From positions 3,032,879 to 3,096,878 of the forward strand of contig OY771430.1 in assembly GCA_963674565.1 (NCBI GenBank): a stretch of 64,000 bases of DNA. Direction: 5' to 3'. Of this stretch, positions 13,936-26,926 are shown piece by piece (positions within the stretch are counted from its first letter, which is position 1; each line of letters begins with the position of its first letter). A model generated the notes under the pieces. That model saw only the letters and a list, made by a program, of their open reading frames with translations, made no database searches and was not told where the DNA came from. This DNA comes from an uncultured Carboxylicivirga sp. (GTDB lineage: Bacteria; Bacteroidota; Bacteroidia; Bacteroidales; Marinilabiliaceae). Made by a program: the position numbers and the translations under genes.

Positions 13936-13947
13936 ATGTCAATGATC
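13936..13947 (-). promoter_or_regulatory. boxA-like antitermination element upstream of 23S
   Basis: Minus strand GATCATTGACAT, about 45 nt before the 23S 5' end; resembles the 16S-leader copy. Confidence 0.55.
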
Positions 13948-14162
13948 GTTTTGCTTGTTTAACGCTGATAGCTCTTGGCTATTAGCTCCTAGCTTGTGAT
14001 ACTTCCAGAATCGAACTGAAATTATTAATCCAATGTATCGCTTTTTCATTAAGATTTTGAGACTCTTAGACAATAGACCATTAGACATTTCTAATCCTTA
14101 TTATCTATCTCATTTTTTTGTTTTCTAATAGTCTATGTTCTCATAGTCTATCTTTTTACTTC

Positions 14163-14239
14163 TGGTGGAGAATATCGGAGTCGAACCGATGACCTCCTGC
14201 GTGCAAGGCAGGCGCTCTAGCCAGCTGAGCTAATCCCCC
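14163..14239 (-). tRNA. tRNA-Ala(UGC), CCA encoded
   Basis: GGGGGATTAGCTCAGCTGGCTAGAGCGCCTGCCTTGCACGCAGGAGGTCATCGGTTCGACTCCGATATTCTCCACCA, with a G3:U70 pair. Confidence 0.97.
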
Positions 14240-14289
14240 ATGTTTTTTTTAAGCTGTTAGCCAATAGCTATTAGCTGATAGCTTTTTTA

Positions 14290-14366
14290 TGGTAGTCCCG
14301 GGCAGACTTGAACTGCCGACCCCTACATTATCAGTGTAGTGCTCTAACCAACTGAGCTACGGGACT
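14290..14366 (-). tRNA. tRNA-Ile(GAU), CCA encoded
   Basis: AGTCCCGTAGCTCAGTTGGTTAGAGCACTACACTGATAATGTAGGGGTCGGCAGTTCAAGTCTGCCCGGGACTACCA. Confidence 0.97.
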
Positions 14367-14636
14367 GTTGCAGTGTCGTCTTTTTCCCTTGACTAGCAGA
14401 CTTTAGATGCTTAGACTTTTAGATCTTTCTAATTATCTATCGTCTAATGGTCTATCCGTCTATAGGATGTGCTTGACGCTGTTTAAATAGGCAGTAGTTT
14501 GTTAGACTGTAGTCAGTAGTGATTTACATTGTGTATCTCTTTCTACTTTTCCTTTTGCCTTTTCTACTTTCTACTTATTCTTTTTAAATAATACCTAAAA
14601 GGTGAAAAGTGCCTGAATGGCATAAACAATTTCTCC

Positions 14637-16156
<1,520 letters not shown>

Positions 16157-16337
16157 TATAAAAATTTTTAATGCTTTCAAAATTATTTATACCATTGACT
16201 TCAGGTTCACTTTTTACCTTTTCATTTTAGTATCAAGATTTCAGTATCATGTATCAAGATGATTTAAATCAACCTAATTCATTATACTTCTCTCTCAATA
16301 ATGGAACGAGCTTTGCTCGTTTAGGTACTATTCAATA

Positions 16338-16349
16338 TTTTCAAAGATC
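16338..16349 (-). promoter_or_regulatory. boxA-like antitermination element in the 16S leader
   Basis: Minus strand GATCTTTGAAAA. Confidence 0.6.
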
Positions 16350-16499
16350 TTTTGAGCTCGAAGTTCTTAGCCTTCTGTTTTGCTCTTGTGACATATTCAG
16401 AATCGAACTGAATTTTTAGCTAACCATTATGTCTTTTTTTATCCGAAAATCAACGTTTGATCTTCGTTTTGTTGCCACCCCTCGTTTGAGAAGCGGCTG

Positions 16500-16532
16500 C
16501 AAAGGTAAGTAGTTTTTGTTTTATCTTCCAAA
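16500..16532 (-). promoter_or_regulatory. rRNA operon promoter (-33 TTTG / -7 TAnnTTTG)
   Basis: Minus strand TTTG (16532-16529), 21-nt spacer, TACCTTTG (16507-16500). A second similar, imperfect promoter lies near 16750-16772. Confidence 0.75.
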
Positions 16533-16994
16533 TCTTTTTTTAAGTTTTTTTCTTCTTTTTTTCGAGTCGCTCATTTTCAATCCCTAACTCTTCCCTCACC
16601 TCTTAAAAACCTTTTTTTTTGGAGCAGAATGACAAGATATGAAATCTTCCCCTTCTGTCAAAAACTTTCTTTGCTTTCATTATTTAAAGACCAGCCTATC
16701 GCCCGCCCCGTCTGCTTTTCATGACAACCGTTGTTCTCAAAAGCGGGTGCAAAATAAGGCAGTTTTTCCCAAACTTCCAAATCAAAAAACATTCTTTTTT
16801 GATTATACTCTGTTAATTTGTGTTTCCTGGCTGGTTTGATGCGGGTTAGAGAGAAATAAAAGTTTGGATTATTTTTGCTTCCATTATTGCTGGCCACAAA
16901 AGTTCAATTATTCTGCCAATTTAAATCCCCTAAAACAATTAAAAGTCCTTTACTAAAATCATCATGTATTAACCATAACCCGGAAAAATTAGTA

Positions 16995-17025
16995 AAAAAA
17001 AGGCTGCTTTAAAAAGCAGCCTTTC
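16995..17025 (-). terminator. Terminator of the 3294-aa gene
   Basis: AAAGGCTGCTTT-AA-AAAGCAGCCTTT hairpin with a flanking A-run. Confidence 0.75.
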
Positions 17026-17041
17026 ATTATAATATTATTTA

Positions 17042-20000
17042 CTATTCATTTTTACCAACAAACAATTTCTCAACCTTTATATGGTTTAGTGATTGGGCTT
17101 TCACAATATAAACACCCGTTTGCTTAGGTAATGTCAAAATTGTCTGTTCAGAAACAATCAACTTCTTTTCAATCATATCTCCATTAATCGAATATAATCC
17201 TACCAGAGCTTGACCATAACTAGAATTTAATAAATCACTTGTGACTTTGACAACAGCCTTACTACCTAACTTGTAAATATTGATATTCTCATTTTGGGAC
17301 AACTCTGCATCATCTAAATCAGAAACTTTTGTTGTAACATCGGAGAAATGTATAACAAACCGATCATTACTTTGACTTGCCATTGGTGTAAATACATATT
17401 CTTTATTTGTTCTTAGATCAATAAAAAGATCCAAATCCTTATCTTCAAGATAAACCAATGTTGAAACGTCAAAATCATCAATATTTGTTACTTTAATTCT
17501 CAAATCACCTTCCCAATTATCATCTATTTTATAACCCAATTCTACTAGTCTGATGGTTGAAGGTTCAGGCAAGATATTAATTGCAACAAAATTACTTTGT
17601 TTTAGAGTATAGAAATAAGCAATATTTGGATTATCACTAATCTTTTTCTTAGAATCAACTTTACTAAAGATATGGCTTCCTTCCTGAGTACAGACCATTG
17701 CAATTTCATCCTCAAACAATCCATTATCCAACTTCAGCCTTAAAACATTATCCTCATTTTTTGTTGACTTCAACAATGCAGAGTGATGAACCCTGGCTCC
17801 TTTATTAACCCCAAATTCTCCATTGGATGTACAGTTAATCCAGAAAGCCTGCATTGGAGCAATGTACTTAGTTCCTCCATTTACACCCTGACCAGTTGTT
17901 CTATTATAAGTGGCCAAATCCCGCTCTCCTGCATATGTTGTTCTTGTATAAATTGTTTCACTTATATTTGAAAAATTCCATTGATTTGATATACTCACAT
18001 CCAGAAAGGCAGGATACGGGTTAGCAACCAGTTCCCATCCTTTTTGTATTGAATAAGTATAATCTCCATACCTTGCTCTTCCTTCAAAACTTATTGTCTC
18101 CGGATCTTTATATATCACACTATAACCCTGAAGTGGCTCCTGATCAAAATCATATGAATCGTCATCCATCTCAATCCAACCTTTATTATATCTATAAACA
18201 CGAGCTCTGTCATTATCAGAAGCATATAAATCGGCTGCCGTAACACCATCGACAGGTGATCCAATATACCAGTAACGACGTGAATCAAAAGTAAAATCAA
18301 CTTTTTCCACTCCATTACCACTAATTGTTCCATTATTGATAAAAGAAGCCATCATCTCTGAATTATTATTCTGAATGATAAATTGTCCTTCATTGGTTAA
18401 ATCACCATCTATTGTAAACTGACTTCCAGGCGACATAGTAAGTGTTGCTCCAGTGTTGATTGTTAAATCAAGTGCAAATGCATTGCCTCCAATAACAGGC
18501 TGGTAAGCAGTGGTACTAATTTCAACTTCTGAACTAATATTCGGTACAGCCCCCTGACTCCAGTTTTCTGATTTAAACCAATCGGTTTCAAAACCTGAAG
18601 CTCCACCTAGCCATTCGTATACAGAACTTGGAGTTATAGAACCCCATGTAAATATATTACCACTCGCTGTTTCATTAAACTCACTTTCAATTGTTGAAGT
18701 AATGGTGCCGTTTGTGGCACCGCCATCGATTATATTATCACCGATTTCATTCCACTGGTCAGTTGTTCCCAACCTCCATTCAACAATGCGTAAATTATCT
18801 CTCTCATCAGAATCAACTGATACTCCACTTTGAGAATCCCAACGAACTGTAACATTGGCTTCAGCTGTTTCAGGGCCTTTTACTTTCCAATATTCTCCAT
18901 GGCTCACATAGTTAAGAGGAGAAAGTAATTGATCTGGATCATAACCTCCTGACAATGGATTAGCAGCAATATACTCGGCCTCCCATATACCCGTTGTACC
19001 TGATTGAATTCCAGACAAACTCACTATACCAATTCTTCCATTATTTCCAACTGGAAAATCAAAAGTATCATTATTAGGTATTCTTTTTCTTAGAGGACCA
19101 TTAACGTATGAACTACTACTTCCTCCTTGCACACCCGAAGATGCGGGATTTGTAATAGTGAGTGTATTTACTGAAGTTGTATTAATCACACCTGAGGTTA
19201 ATAATAATTTATTTCCAACCTCGATAGGATTGTTGATAGTTAAACCGGCAACATTGCTAATTTCAAGATTATTGAAATCATTAGAACTAATAAAATCACC
19301 AGTTAACTCCTGAGGATCTGCACCTTTAAAGGTAATTGTAGCATTATCAATACCAGCAGAAAAGGACCCATTATTTAATACCAAATCTTTTTCAAGCAAA
19401 TATGATTTATTATAAAGGTTAATTAACGCAAGATTAGCATCATCTCCATCAATAATTACATCACCATGAAAAGTCAGGTTACCATTTGGCAGATTTCTTT
19501 CTTCTGTTCCTGTAAAAATCACATTATTTACCTCAACAAAATTACTCAGAACAGAATATCCAATAGTTCCGTCAAACTCAAATGTTCCCCCATTACTCTT
19601 AATAAAATCATTATATGAGGCCGAAGGCATTGCTCCATCATAAATATGAAGAACACCGGTTCCAAAAATATCACCCAAACGATGACCATAGGTACTACCA
19701 AGACTTAATCTTCCAGAGCTATTGATAGTTGTAGTATAAGCCGTAACAAAATTTGTAGACATTGTTACATTATGGTTAATTTCCACCCTTGCTCCTCTTG
19801 GCCCTCCTGCAGGGGCTACAGGCGACCAAATTGCATCAGACCAGTTACCATCAGCAATAGTTGTATACACTGGAACCTCATCAGGTATAGCTCCTTTCTT
19901 TGTTACTGTCTGAGGTTCAACTCCTGCTGTATAATCTCCTGATATTCCCAAATCATTTGTTCCGGTAAAAGTAAAGGTTAAATAATCATTGGTTTCATCA

Positions 20001-23000
20001 TAAGAATCCTGATCATATTTCGTCCATTGATAAGATCCGTCGTTTAATAAACGTGCAGTTATGTAGTCAGACTGATCATAGGACGGACTATTTACCAATG
20101 CTAAATCATCGTTTGCATAGAAATTAACCGTTGCATCAAAATCAGTTATCTCATCACTTCTCAGAATCCAGTAAAATTGCAATGCATTTTCATTATCAAC
20201 AATCTCTACATCCGGAGATTCATCATCCTCAATTAAAGTAGGATGAACCTCATGTGACGCTTTTACGGTTATACTTCCAGTAGTCGATGTAACTGAATTA
20301 ATCGACATCTCCACCGGAGTATACACACCATTTGATCCCATTGGAAAAATCAACTCCTTGGTTCCCGGACCAGAATAAGTTCCAAATAACTGTTTCACTC
20401 CAGCGTCAACATAGGACTTGGTAGTCTGAATCATATTTGTTTCTCCAAATGCATTAACAGGCGTTATTAAAGCATCTTTACTTAACGTTAAAAGATTTCC
20501 ACCTATATCAAACACTCCATTCTCCAATTCTAATCCGTGCTCAATATATACATCAAATCCATCAGTAACTTTTATGCCATTAGAATTATTTACTCTAAGC
20601 TTTCCAATTGAACCATTACCTGATAAATTTTGCAAGATTGATCCATCCATTACAATGCCAGCACCACTACCACCATAATTATGCTCACCATTATTCACAA
20701 AATTTCCTTTTAAGGTAATAGTATGATCATTATCGTTTAGAGTTCCCGATAATTCAAACTCATCATTTACCTGGATATCTCCATTTAAATCCAATTGCCC
20801 ATTACCTTCCTTAATCAGATTATTAAAGGTGACGGCAGATGTTCCAGTTATATTCTGATCTATATCTCCAGTAAATGTAACAGTATTATCTCCTGTTTCA
20901 AATGATCCATCATTTTGTAAATCACCACCAATAGTGACATCTTGATCGTTACAATCAAAAGTTGACCCAGAATCAATAATCAGATTATTTAAGATCAAAT
21001 CCTCTACCCAAATAGTTGCAGACGGGTTATGAATGCTTGAATTATCAACTTTAACATTCTCTAAACCTATAGAAGATCGTATACCAATATTTTGTGCAGT
21101 AGGTGTAGATGCATTTCCTAGCTGAACAGTTACCCCATCCCCTATAGTACTTTGGTCTGGCTGCAAAAACAAGGCCGCTCTAACGGGAGATGATTGCTGT
21201 CTGACTATCTGCAATGTACCTCCTGTGAATGTAAATTCACTACCTGTATTATGAACTTCTAAAACACCTCTACCACCTTCGGTAGCCGAGGTTTCACCCA
21301 GAATAACATCACCACCTGTTTGACGATACTTTAAGATTCCTTCATCTGCAGTCAGGGAACCTCTAACCTGACCTCCAACAACTAATGAACCTCCTGTCGC
21401 TATTGACAGAACTGCATTACCTGATGCTGAAAATTCAATATTGTTATTTGCCCCAGACATATCTAACGTACCACTATTCACATCAAGTGTTCCGTCGAGT
21501 ATTATATTTGAATTTCCATTTGCATAAGCAACTCCTTGTAAAAGTTTAAGACCAGATGTACTTGGAATAAAGAAATCATCATCCCCTGTAGTGAGATTAA
21601 GATCTACATCCGGATTATTAACTATAAACATTCCATTCGTTAATTCCAAAGCCTTTTGTATACCGACTCCTAAGGTTGGCCCATTTAGATTAAAATCTGT
21701 ATTAAATGTTGCTTCAATTGAATTCGACGAACCTTTATCTATGATAAGTCTATAAAGATTAGCAATATCACCATTCACATATGAATAGGTCATATTAGTG
21801 TTCCCAACAAGATTTAATACAACCTTGTCTTCATCAGCGGCTGTCCATAACTGTATCCCATCAGATCCTGAACCTTCTGATGCCTGATAAATATTTCCAT
21901 ATACATTTAATGTATGTTCAATTCCATTTGTTGATGGATTATCTATAGCTAAGAGACTTGAGGCGTTCGCCATTATAATATCCCCTTGAACAGTTATGGT
22001 TCTGCTTGTTCCATTATTAGCATATAGCAATTGCGCTCCACCGCCTGAAGGAGAACCTTCAGATGGATCTGATTCGAAGAAGAGAAGATCACCTCCAATT
22101 AAGAAATCACCTGTTATACCATTATTTAGTAAAAGATTAGCATCGCCCAAAATTTCAAGATTACCATTAATATTCATATCCTTTTCAATGGTAATATCAT
22201 AATCATTTCCTCCCCATCCACTATTGGCCAACAATAAATTAGGTACCTCTTCAGGAATATTATTAATTACTCTTGGATTAACACCATTTTCATAAGCAAT
22301 GTAGGATGAATCATTATCAACAAATTCTCCCAGATCCATAAGCGTAAAATCCGGATCACTATATCTGTTCCAGAATAATCCCTCTCCTCTTACCAAGCCA
22401 GCTGTTAACTGACCTGAACCATTATTAATACAAAGGGTTGGTCTGAATTGGAATGCAGATCGATAGACTCTCTCTGTTGGATTTCCATCACTATCCTTCA
22501 TTTGAGTAAATATTAATTCAGCCACTTCTTCCTGCGTATTATCAATCCAAACACCATGTGGCTGTCCTTGAAGAGTTGGCTTCTGAGCATCTTCCCAAGG
22601 AACCCAACCTATTACTGCAATATCACCTGCTTCGGGATACTCATTATTACCATTTGGACATTCTGGCTGACGACTGTCATGATATTCATAAGAATCGATT
22701 GTTCCATTTCCATCTAGGTCATTAAGAAGATCATTTCTTGTCCAAGTATAACGATCAGTCCAGCGAGGTTCCCTGGCTGCTCCACCTGTTGAAGAGCCAT
22801 GATCTCTTGTGTAGAAAATAGAAACACTACCTGTAAAACGATTTTCCCGACCTGCTGTATAATTGGCAACATCTAACGGGAATCGCCCACCGGAACCATC
22901 ATCATAGGTTATTATATTGTTTGAATCATCTACATATCCAGTATCATCGATGTATAATCTTGAATAAGGATCAACTGACAATACTTTTCCTGGCACGCAC

Positions 23001-26000
23001 AAATTTTCCTGAGATGATACATCATCATCATCATAGTAAAATAAAAATTTAACATCTGGCGAATTTGAGAAACCTTCATTATCCAATTTCCAATAATATG
23101 ATAACATATTTCCACCATTCTGTACATCTGTTGTTTGTAATTCGCCATCCACCGGAACAATGGTTATGTATCCACCACCTGCTGGAACATTAGCAAGATT
23201 TATACTTACCGGTGTATATTTATCAAGCACTCCAATTGGGAATACGACATTGGTATTATCAGCCAGTCCATCTTCAATTAAACGGGTCAGTCCTCCGTCC
23301 GAAGCATTACCATCTCCATAAAACATTTCTGTAGAAGCATTACCATCAGTAACCCGATAAACATTTGTAGTTCCACCTCTGTGCAAATAATCGACCTTTA
23401 GATTATATGGTCCCATGTTTATACGACCTACATAATAGCTAATACGCTTGATGGTAACATCACTTGTTAATGTAATAATTTCAGTATCAGGTGCCGGATT
23501 CATTTTGATGTTTCCAAGAACAGCTCCATCTTCCGTATTAATTTCGATATCAGCATCTTTAAACATCACCAATGCATCAATGTTTGTAACACCATGCTCA
23601 TAAACACCACATTGTGCATTCGATTTTACATTTAAAGGCCCGAAAAGACGTATAGAATGTTCCCCCTGATCAAACATTCCAGATTGAACATCCATCACAT
23701 TAGATACTCGTACTAATCTGGCATGCCAATCTGTACCTACATTGCCGGCTTCTTTATTGGTATCACCTTTTAATATTACTTTTTTACCATCAGGTTTATT
23801 AATCGAAAGGTTATACAAGTATAATTCATATCCATCATCCACATTATGACCAATATAAAATTCTGAATCTTCATCTCCATTAAATGTTAGTGTATTGTAT
23901 GCACTTGCATTATTCCTAAACCATAAACCATAATTGTTTGTACCATTCTCACTTTGTAGCTGAGCATCTTCAGATATAGAGAAGTTATGCCCAACGGTAA
24001 TGTCCTGGCCATTATGATATAAAAAAGCATTTGTTTCAATAGTCAAATCATTAAGCACTATCAAAGGCTGTGCACTAAGATTTTCAGAACCTGCAACATT
24101 ACTGGCATCTGCTAATACATGATTGTACGTATTACCGGCAGAATTTGTAAGTCGCAAGTTATAAAATGGAGCTTTTGATGTAATATTAAAATCACTACTT
24201 GAACTAACATTACAAATAACAGTACCTCCGGTAACATTTATATTCTGTGAATCAGAGTTGATAAAAATACCACCCAAGCCTCCTGTTTGATGAACATTTA
24301 ATGTACCACCACTCATGTTGAATACATTTCCAGGATAGGTCATTGAAAATCTGTAATATTCGCTATTCATTGAACCAGCGATCAGATTCACGGTACCGCC
24401 ACTTTGAACATACCCACCTACATTATCAGAACCTAGTACAGATGTACGAATCACATTTGTATTTACAATTCCACCTTCAACCTTTATTAAGCCATTTTTT
24501 CGTGTTGTGATACCACTGGAAACTTTTGATTCGAAAAGCCCTCCTGAGACCTGCAATGTACCATAAGGAACCGTAGCATTACCATTATTATTTAATACCG
24601 TAGCTCCATCGACCCAAAGCCTTGCTCTCTCTGGTATATCAAAATTCCCACTGTTACTAAGTGTTGATATACTAATATTAGCTCCTAACTTAACCGTTCC
24701 TGCAATCAGACCTAATGCATTATTATTGGATGTACGATAAGGTTGATCACCGGAGTGACTTTCACTTGCAAATCCAAATAGATTGAAATAAGAAGCATCA
24801 TCAGCATCAACAGATGCAACATAAGTCTGATCAATTCCTTTATTTATTTCAATGCGGTAAAAATTAGTGACACCATTTAATTGTAAAGCCTGGTCAGATG
24901 ATGTATTAATCAGATTTAAATCTACAATCCCATCTGTCGCCTCGCTGTTTGCAACTTGAGAAGTTCGATTGGTAAATTTTACAACTCCATTGTTAGTAAA
25001 ATCACCCATTAAATTTAATTCATGCCTGATATTACCTGTTCCGGTTGTAATACTACCATTGGATTGCACCCAAAGATTATTCCCAATATCAATAGTCAAT
25101 CCGCTGGTTGAAGCATTATCATTAATTTTAAGCTCACCTCTATTGATGTAACAACTTCCATTTACCTTAATATCATTAAGAACAGTTATTGTATTTGTCG
25201 AACTATTTAGATTTATTTCCAGATTATAAAATTCTCTTGATGTCAAATAATCAAATCCACCTCCTGTATAGACGACCGTTCCTTCATCCAATCCTTCACT
25301 AACAAACCTGGTTGCATCTCCTTGTGGAAATTCATCTGATTCCAGGACTAAACGACCACTTCCATTTATTGTACCCCAATTATGTCCTGAAGTAGCACCA
25401 AGATCCAATGTTCCCCTTATTTCAATAATTGCATTTGATTTATTATTACTTGTTACATCAACTGTAATACCATTTTTTATGATGACTTTGTCAATGGCTG
25501 AAGTTGGTGATGTGGTTGGAGTATAACCATTGGGAACATGAGTATTCTCTTGCACTGACCAAGTATCAGGATTATCCCAATCATCATTCAGCCATGCATA
25601 GTAAGTAACACCAGCTATACCTTCCAATGGTGCTGCAGATAAATCAACAGAACCAAGTGTAAAAAAGCCATCTGCCCAATCAGCACTATTGACTGTAAAA
25701 GTTAATTTATTTGCACTTGTTAGGGTTGCTGTGGCCGGCATCACAATATAAGTGCCTCCTTCAGCACTTTTATACAACAAAACATAATCAGCTGTTCCGG
25801 AGAAATACTTACCATCCTCAAATCCTGTAAGATCAAATGTTATCTGAGGATCAAATGTTCCTGTTCGCTGGATGTACCAACTTCTTCCCCAGGCGCCTGC
25901 AGCATTGGACAATCCGGTTTCGACGTTTGAAACGTTATTAGAAACTCCGTTATGAGCTGCAAATAAATAGTTTCCTGATGACAAATTATCAGTTACAAGT

Positions 26001-26926
26001 TCTAATCCACCCAAAGAATAAATCAGCGATGCCCCATCACTTTCAACACCAACACCTCCAAAATCATTAATATGCGAACCAACATTAGCATTGGTAAAAC
26101 CATCCTTTGATATTGTAAAATCAGTATCAAACTGAGCATATTTTAAATTGAGATAATTATTGACTATGGAAACTTCTGCTTGTGAAAGTTGTCTATCATA
26201 TACGATTACCTCTGCAATGTCGCCTTCAAAAGCCTGATTAGCCTGATATCCTCCGTCAACATCATCCTGTTCTCCTCCAATAGCAAAACAACCAAGTGAA
26301 GTAAATAGAGTAGTACCCAGCGAATGATTTAAAGGGGTTCCATTATCTTTATAAAAAAACGCGTTACCATCAGAACTAGACCATGTTTGAGTTAATATAT
26401 GCCAATTATTATCATTTAAACTTTCATTACTATCCCAACCACTTCCTTTTATAAATGTATTTAAAGAAGAGGCATCGTATACTAGGTATTCATTATCCTG
26501 AGATGCTACAGCATATGAAATAAATGCTTCTGTTGAATTTGCTGTACGCGCGACAATAAAAGTAGAGATCGCCTCATCTGGCATATCGAAATTCAACCTC
26601 CTTATTCGGTTGTTAGACTGACTAAATTCTGCAATTGAGTTACCATTTAAAACTCCTTCTCTAAATATTGGAGATAATATCTCATCTGACTGGGAGAGAT
26701 CATTCCCATTTCCAGATAAATCAGTCCAATTGGTAATGTAATCATTCTCAGACAATCCTAATGATTCTCCATCAAGCCACAAAACAATTCGCGGATTTCC
26801 ATCCGATCCATCTTTATTTCCAATTCCACCAGGCCCATTCTGAGCCGATATTAATAAATTAGCAGTAAGAAAAACGATACTAAAAACGACTTTAGTAACT
26901 TTTGTAACCTCAAAAAAACTTCTCAT
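17042..26926 (-). CDS. Giant T9SS-secreted protein (N-terminal LamG/ConA-like domain, beta-helix-like body, type A CTD), 3294 aa
   Basis: Signal peptide, then GPGGIG...LWLDG...WTDLSGNGND and GDIAEVIVYDRQLS (LamG-like). Long G/N/T-rich beta-repeat body. C-terminal INIY...GVYIVKAQ...KVEKLFV resembles a T9SS sorting domain. Confidence 0.75.
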   Translation of the reverse strand: MRSFFEVTKVTKVVFSIVFLTANLLISAQNGPGGIGNKDGSDGNPRIVLWLDGESLGLSENDYITNWTDLSGNGNDLSQSDEILSPIFREGVLNGNSIAEFSQSNNRIRRLNFDMPDEAISTFIVARTANSTEAFISYAVASQDNEYLVYDASSLNTFIKGSGWDSNESLNDNNWHILTQTWSSSDGNAFFYKDNGTPLNHSLGTTLFTSLGCFAIGGEQDDVDGGYQANQAFEGDIAEVIVYDRQLSQAEVSIVNNYLNLKYAQFDTDFTISKDGFTNANVGSHINDFGGVGVESDGASLIYSLGGLELVTDNLSSGNYLFAAHNGVSNNVSNVETGLSNAAGAWGRSWYIQRTGTFDPQITFDLTGFEDGKYFSGTADYVLLYKSAEGGTYIVMPATATLTSANKLTFTVNSADWADGFFTLGSVDLSAAPLEGIAGVTYYAWLNDDWDNPDTWSVQENTHVPNGYTPTTSPTSAIDKVIIKNGITVDVTSNNKSNAIIEIRGTLDLGATSGHNWGTINGSGRLVLESDEFPQGDATRFVSEGLDEGTVVYTGGGFDYLTSREFYNLEINLNSSTNTITVLNDIKVNGSCYINRGELKINDNASTSGLTIDIGNNLWVQSNGSITTGTGNIRHELNLMGDFTNNGVVKFTNRTSQVANSEATDGIVDLNLINTSSDQALQLNGVTNFYRIEINKGIDQTYVASVDADDASYFNLFGFASESHSGDQPYRTSNNNALGLIAGTVKLGANISISTLSNSGNFDIPERARLWVDGATVLNNNGNATVPYGTLQVSGGLFESKVSSGITTRKNGLIKVEGGIVNTNVIRTSVLGSDNVGGYVQSGGTVNLIAGSMNSEYYRFSMTYPGNVFNMSGGTLNVHQTGGLGGIFINSDSQNINVTGGTVICNVSSSSDFNITSKAPFYNLRLTNSAGNTYNHVLADASNVAGSENLSAQPLIVLNDLTIETNAFLYHNGQDITVGHNFSISEDAQLQSENGTNNYGLWFRNNASAYNTLTFNGDEDSEFYIGHNVDDGYELYLYNLSINKPDGKKVILKGDTNKEAGNVGTDWHARLVRVSNVMDVQSGMFDQGEHSIRLFGPLNVKSNAQCGVYEHGVTNIDALVMFKDADIEINTEDGAVLGNIKMNPAPDTEIITLTSDVTIKRISYYVGRINMGPYNLKVDYLHRGGTTNVYRVTDGNASTEMFYGDGNASDGGLTRLIEDGLADNTNVVFPIGVLDKYTPVSINLANVPAGGGYITIVPVDGELQTTDVQNGGNMLSYYWKLDNEGFSNSPDVKFLFYYDDDDVSSQENLCVPGKVLSVDPYSRLYIDDTGYVDDSNNIITYDDGSGGRFPLDVANYTAGRENRFTGSVSIFYTRDHGSSTGGAAREPRWTDRYTWTRNDLLNDLDGNGTIDSYEYHDSRQPECPNGNNEYPEAGDIAVIGWVPWEDAQKPTLQGQPHGVWIDNTQEEVAELIFTQMKDSDGNPTERVYRSAFQFRPTLCINNGSGQLTAGLVRGEGLFWNRYSDPDFTLMDLGEFVDNDSSYIAYENGVNPRVINNIPEEVPNLLLANSGWGGNDYDITIEKDMNINGNLEILGDANLLLNNGITGDFLIGGDLLFFESDPSEGSPSGGGAQLLYANNGTSRTITVQGDIIMANASSLLAIDNPSTNGIEHTLNVYGNIYQASEGSGSDGIQLWTAADEDKVVLNLVGNTNMTYSYVNGDIANLYRLIIDKGSSNSIEATFNTDFNLNGPTLGVGIQKALELTNGMFIVNNPDVDLNLTTGDDDFFIPSTSGLKLLQGVAYANGNSNIILDGTLDVNSGTLDMSGANNNIEFSASGNAVLSIATGGSLVVGGQVRGSLTADEGILKYRQTGGDVILGETSATEGGRGVLEVHNTGSEFTFTGGTLQIVRQQSSPVRAALFLQPDQSTIGDGVTVQLGNASTPTAQNIGIRSSIGLENVKVDNSSIHNPSATIWVEDLILNNLIIDSGSTFDCNDQDVTIGGDLQNDGSFETGDNTVTFTGDIDQNITGTSAVTFNNLIKEGNGQLDLNGDIQVNDEFELSGTLNDNDHTITLKGNFVNNGEHNYGGSGAGIVMDGSILQNLSGNGSIGKLRVNNSNGIKVTDGFDVYIEHGLELENGVFDIGGNLLTLSKDALITPVNAFGETNMIQTTKSYVDAGVKQLFGTYSGPGTKELIFPMGSNGVYTPVEMSINSVTSTTGSITVKASHEVHPTLIEDDESPDVEIVDNENALQFYWILRSDEITDFDATVNFYANDDLALVNSPSYDQSDYITARLLNDGSYQWTKYDQDSYDETNDYLTFTFTGTNDLGISGDYTAGVEPQTVTKKGAIPDEVPVYTTIADGNWSDAIWSPVAPAGGPRGARVEINHNVTMSTNFVTAYTTTINSSGRLSLGSTYGHRLGDIFGTGVLHIYDGAMPSASYNDFIKSNGGTFEFDGTIGYSVLSNFVEVNNVIFTGTEERNLPNGNLTFHGDVIIDGDDANLALINLYNKSYLLEKDLVLNNGSFSAGIDNATITFKGADPQELTGDFISSNDFNNLEISNVAGLTINNPIEVGNKLLLTSGVINTTSVNTLTITNPASSGVQGGSSSSYVNGPLRKRIPNNDTFDFPVGNNGRIGIVSLSGIQSGTTGIWEAEYIAANPLSGGYDPDQLLSPLNYVSHGEYWKVKGPETAEANVTVRWDSQSGVSVDSDERDNLRIVEWRLGTTDQWNEIGDNIIDGGATNGTITSTIESEFNETASGNIFTWGSITPSSVYEWLGGASGFETDWFKSENWSQGAVPNISSEVEISTTAYQPVIGGNAFALDLTINTGATLTMSPGSQFTIDGDLTNEGQFIIQNNNSEMMASFINNGTISGNGVEKVDFTFDSRRYWYIGSPVDGVTAADLYASDNDRARVYRYNKGWIEMDDDSYDFDQEPLQGYSVIYKDPETISFEGRARYGDYTYSIQKGWELVANPYPAFLDVSISNQWNFSNISETIYTRTTYAGERDLATYNRTTGQGVNGGTKYIAPMQAFWINCTSNGEFGVNKGARVHHSALLKSTKNEDNVLRLKLDNGLFEDEIAMVCTQEGSHIFSKVDSKKKISDNPNIAYFYTLKQSNFVAINILPEPSTIRLVELGYKIDDNWEGDLRIKVTNIDDFDVSTLVYLEDKDLDLFIDLRTNKEYVFTPMASQSNDRFVIHFSDVTTKVSDLDDAELSQNENINIYKLGSKAVVKVTSDLLNSSYGQALVGLYSINGDMIEKKLIVSEQTILTLPKQTGVYIVKAQSLNHIKVEKLFVGKNE

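Larger units (their letters stand above)
13964..14574. repeat. Imperfect 7-bp tandem tracts in the 16S-23S ITS
   Basis: gctgata gctcttg gctatta gctccta gcttgtg (13964-13998); gctgtta gccaata gctatta gctgata (14253-14280); tttctac ttttcct tttgcct tttctac tttctac (14540-14574); looser TAGAC/TCTA tracts near 14080-14150 and 14390-14460. Confidence 0.8.

Noticed and set aside
16639-16897. Two overlapping small ORFs upstream of the rRNA operon
   Set aside because: They coincide with the rrn upstream promoter region and show no protein-like features.
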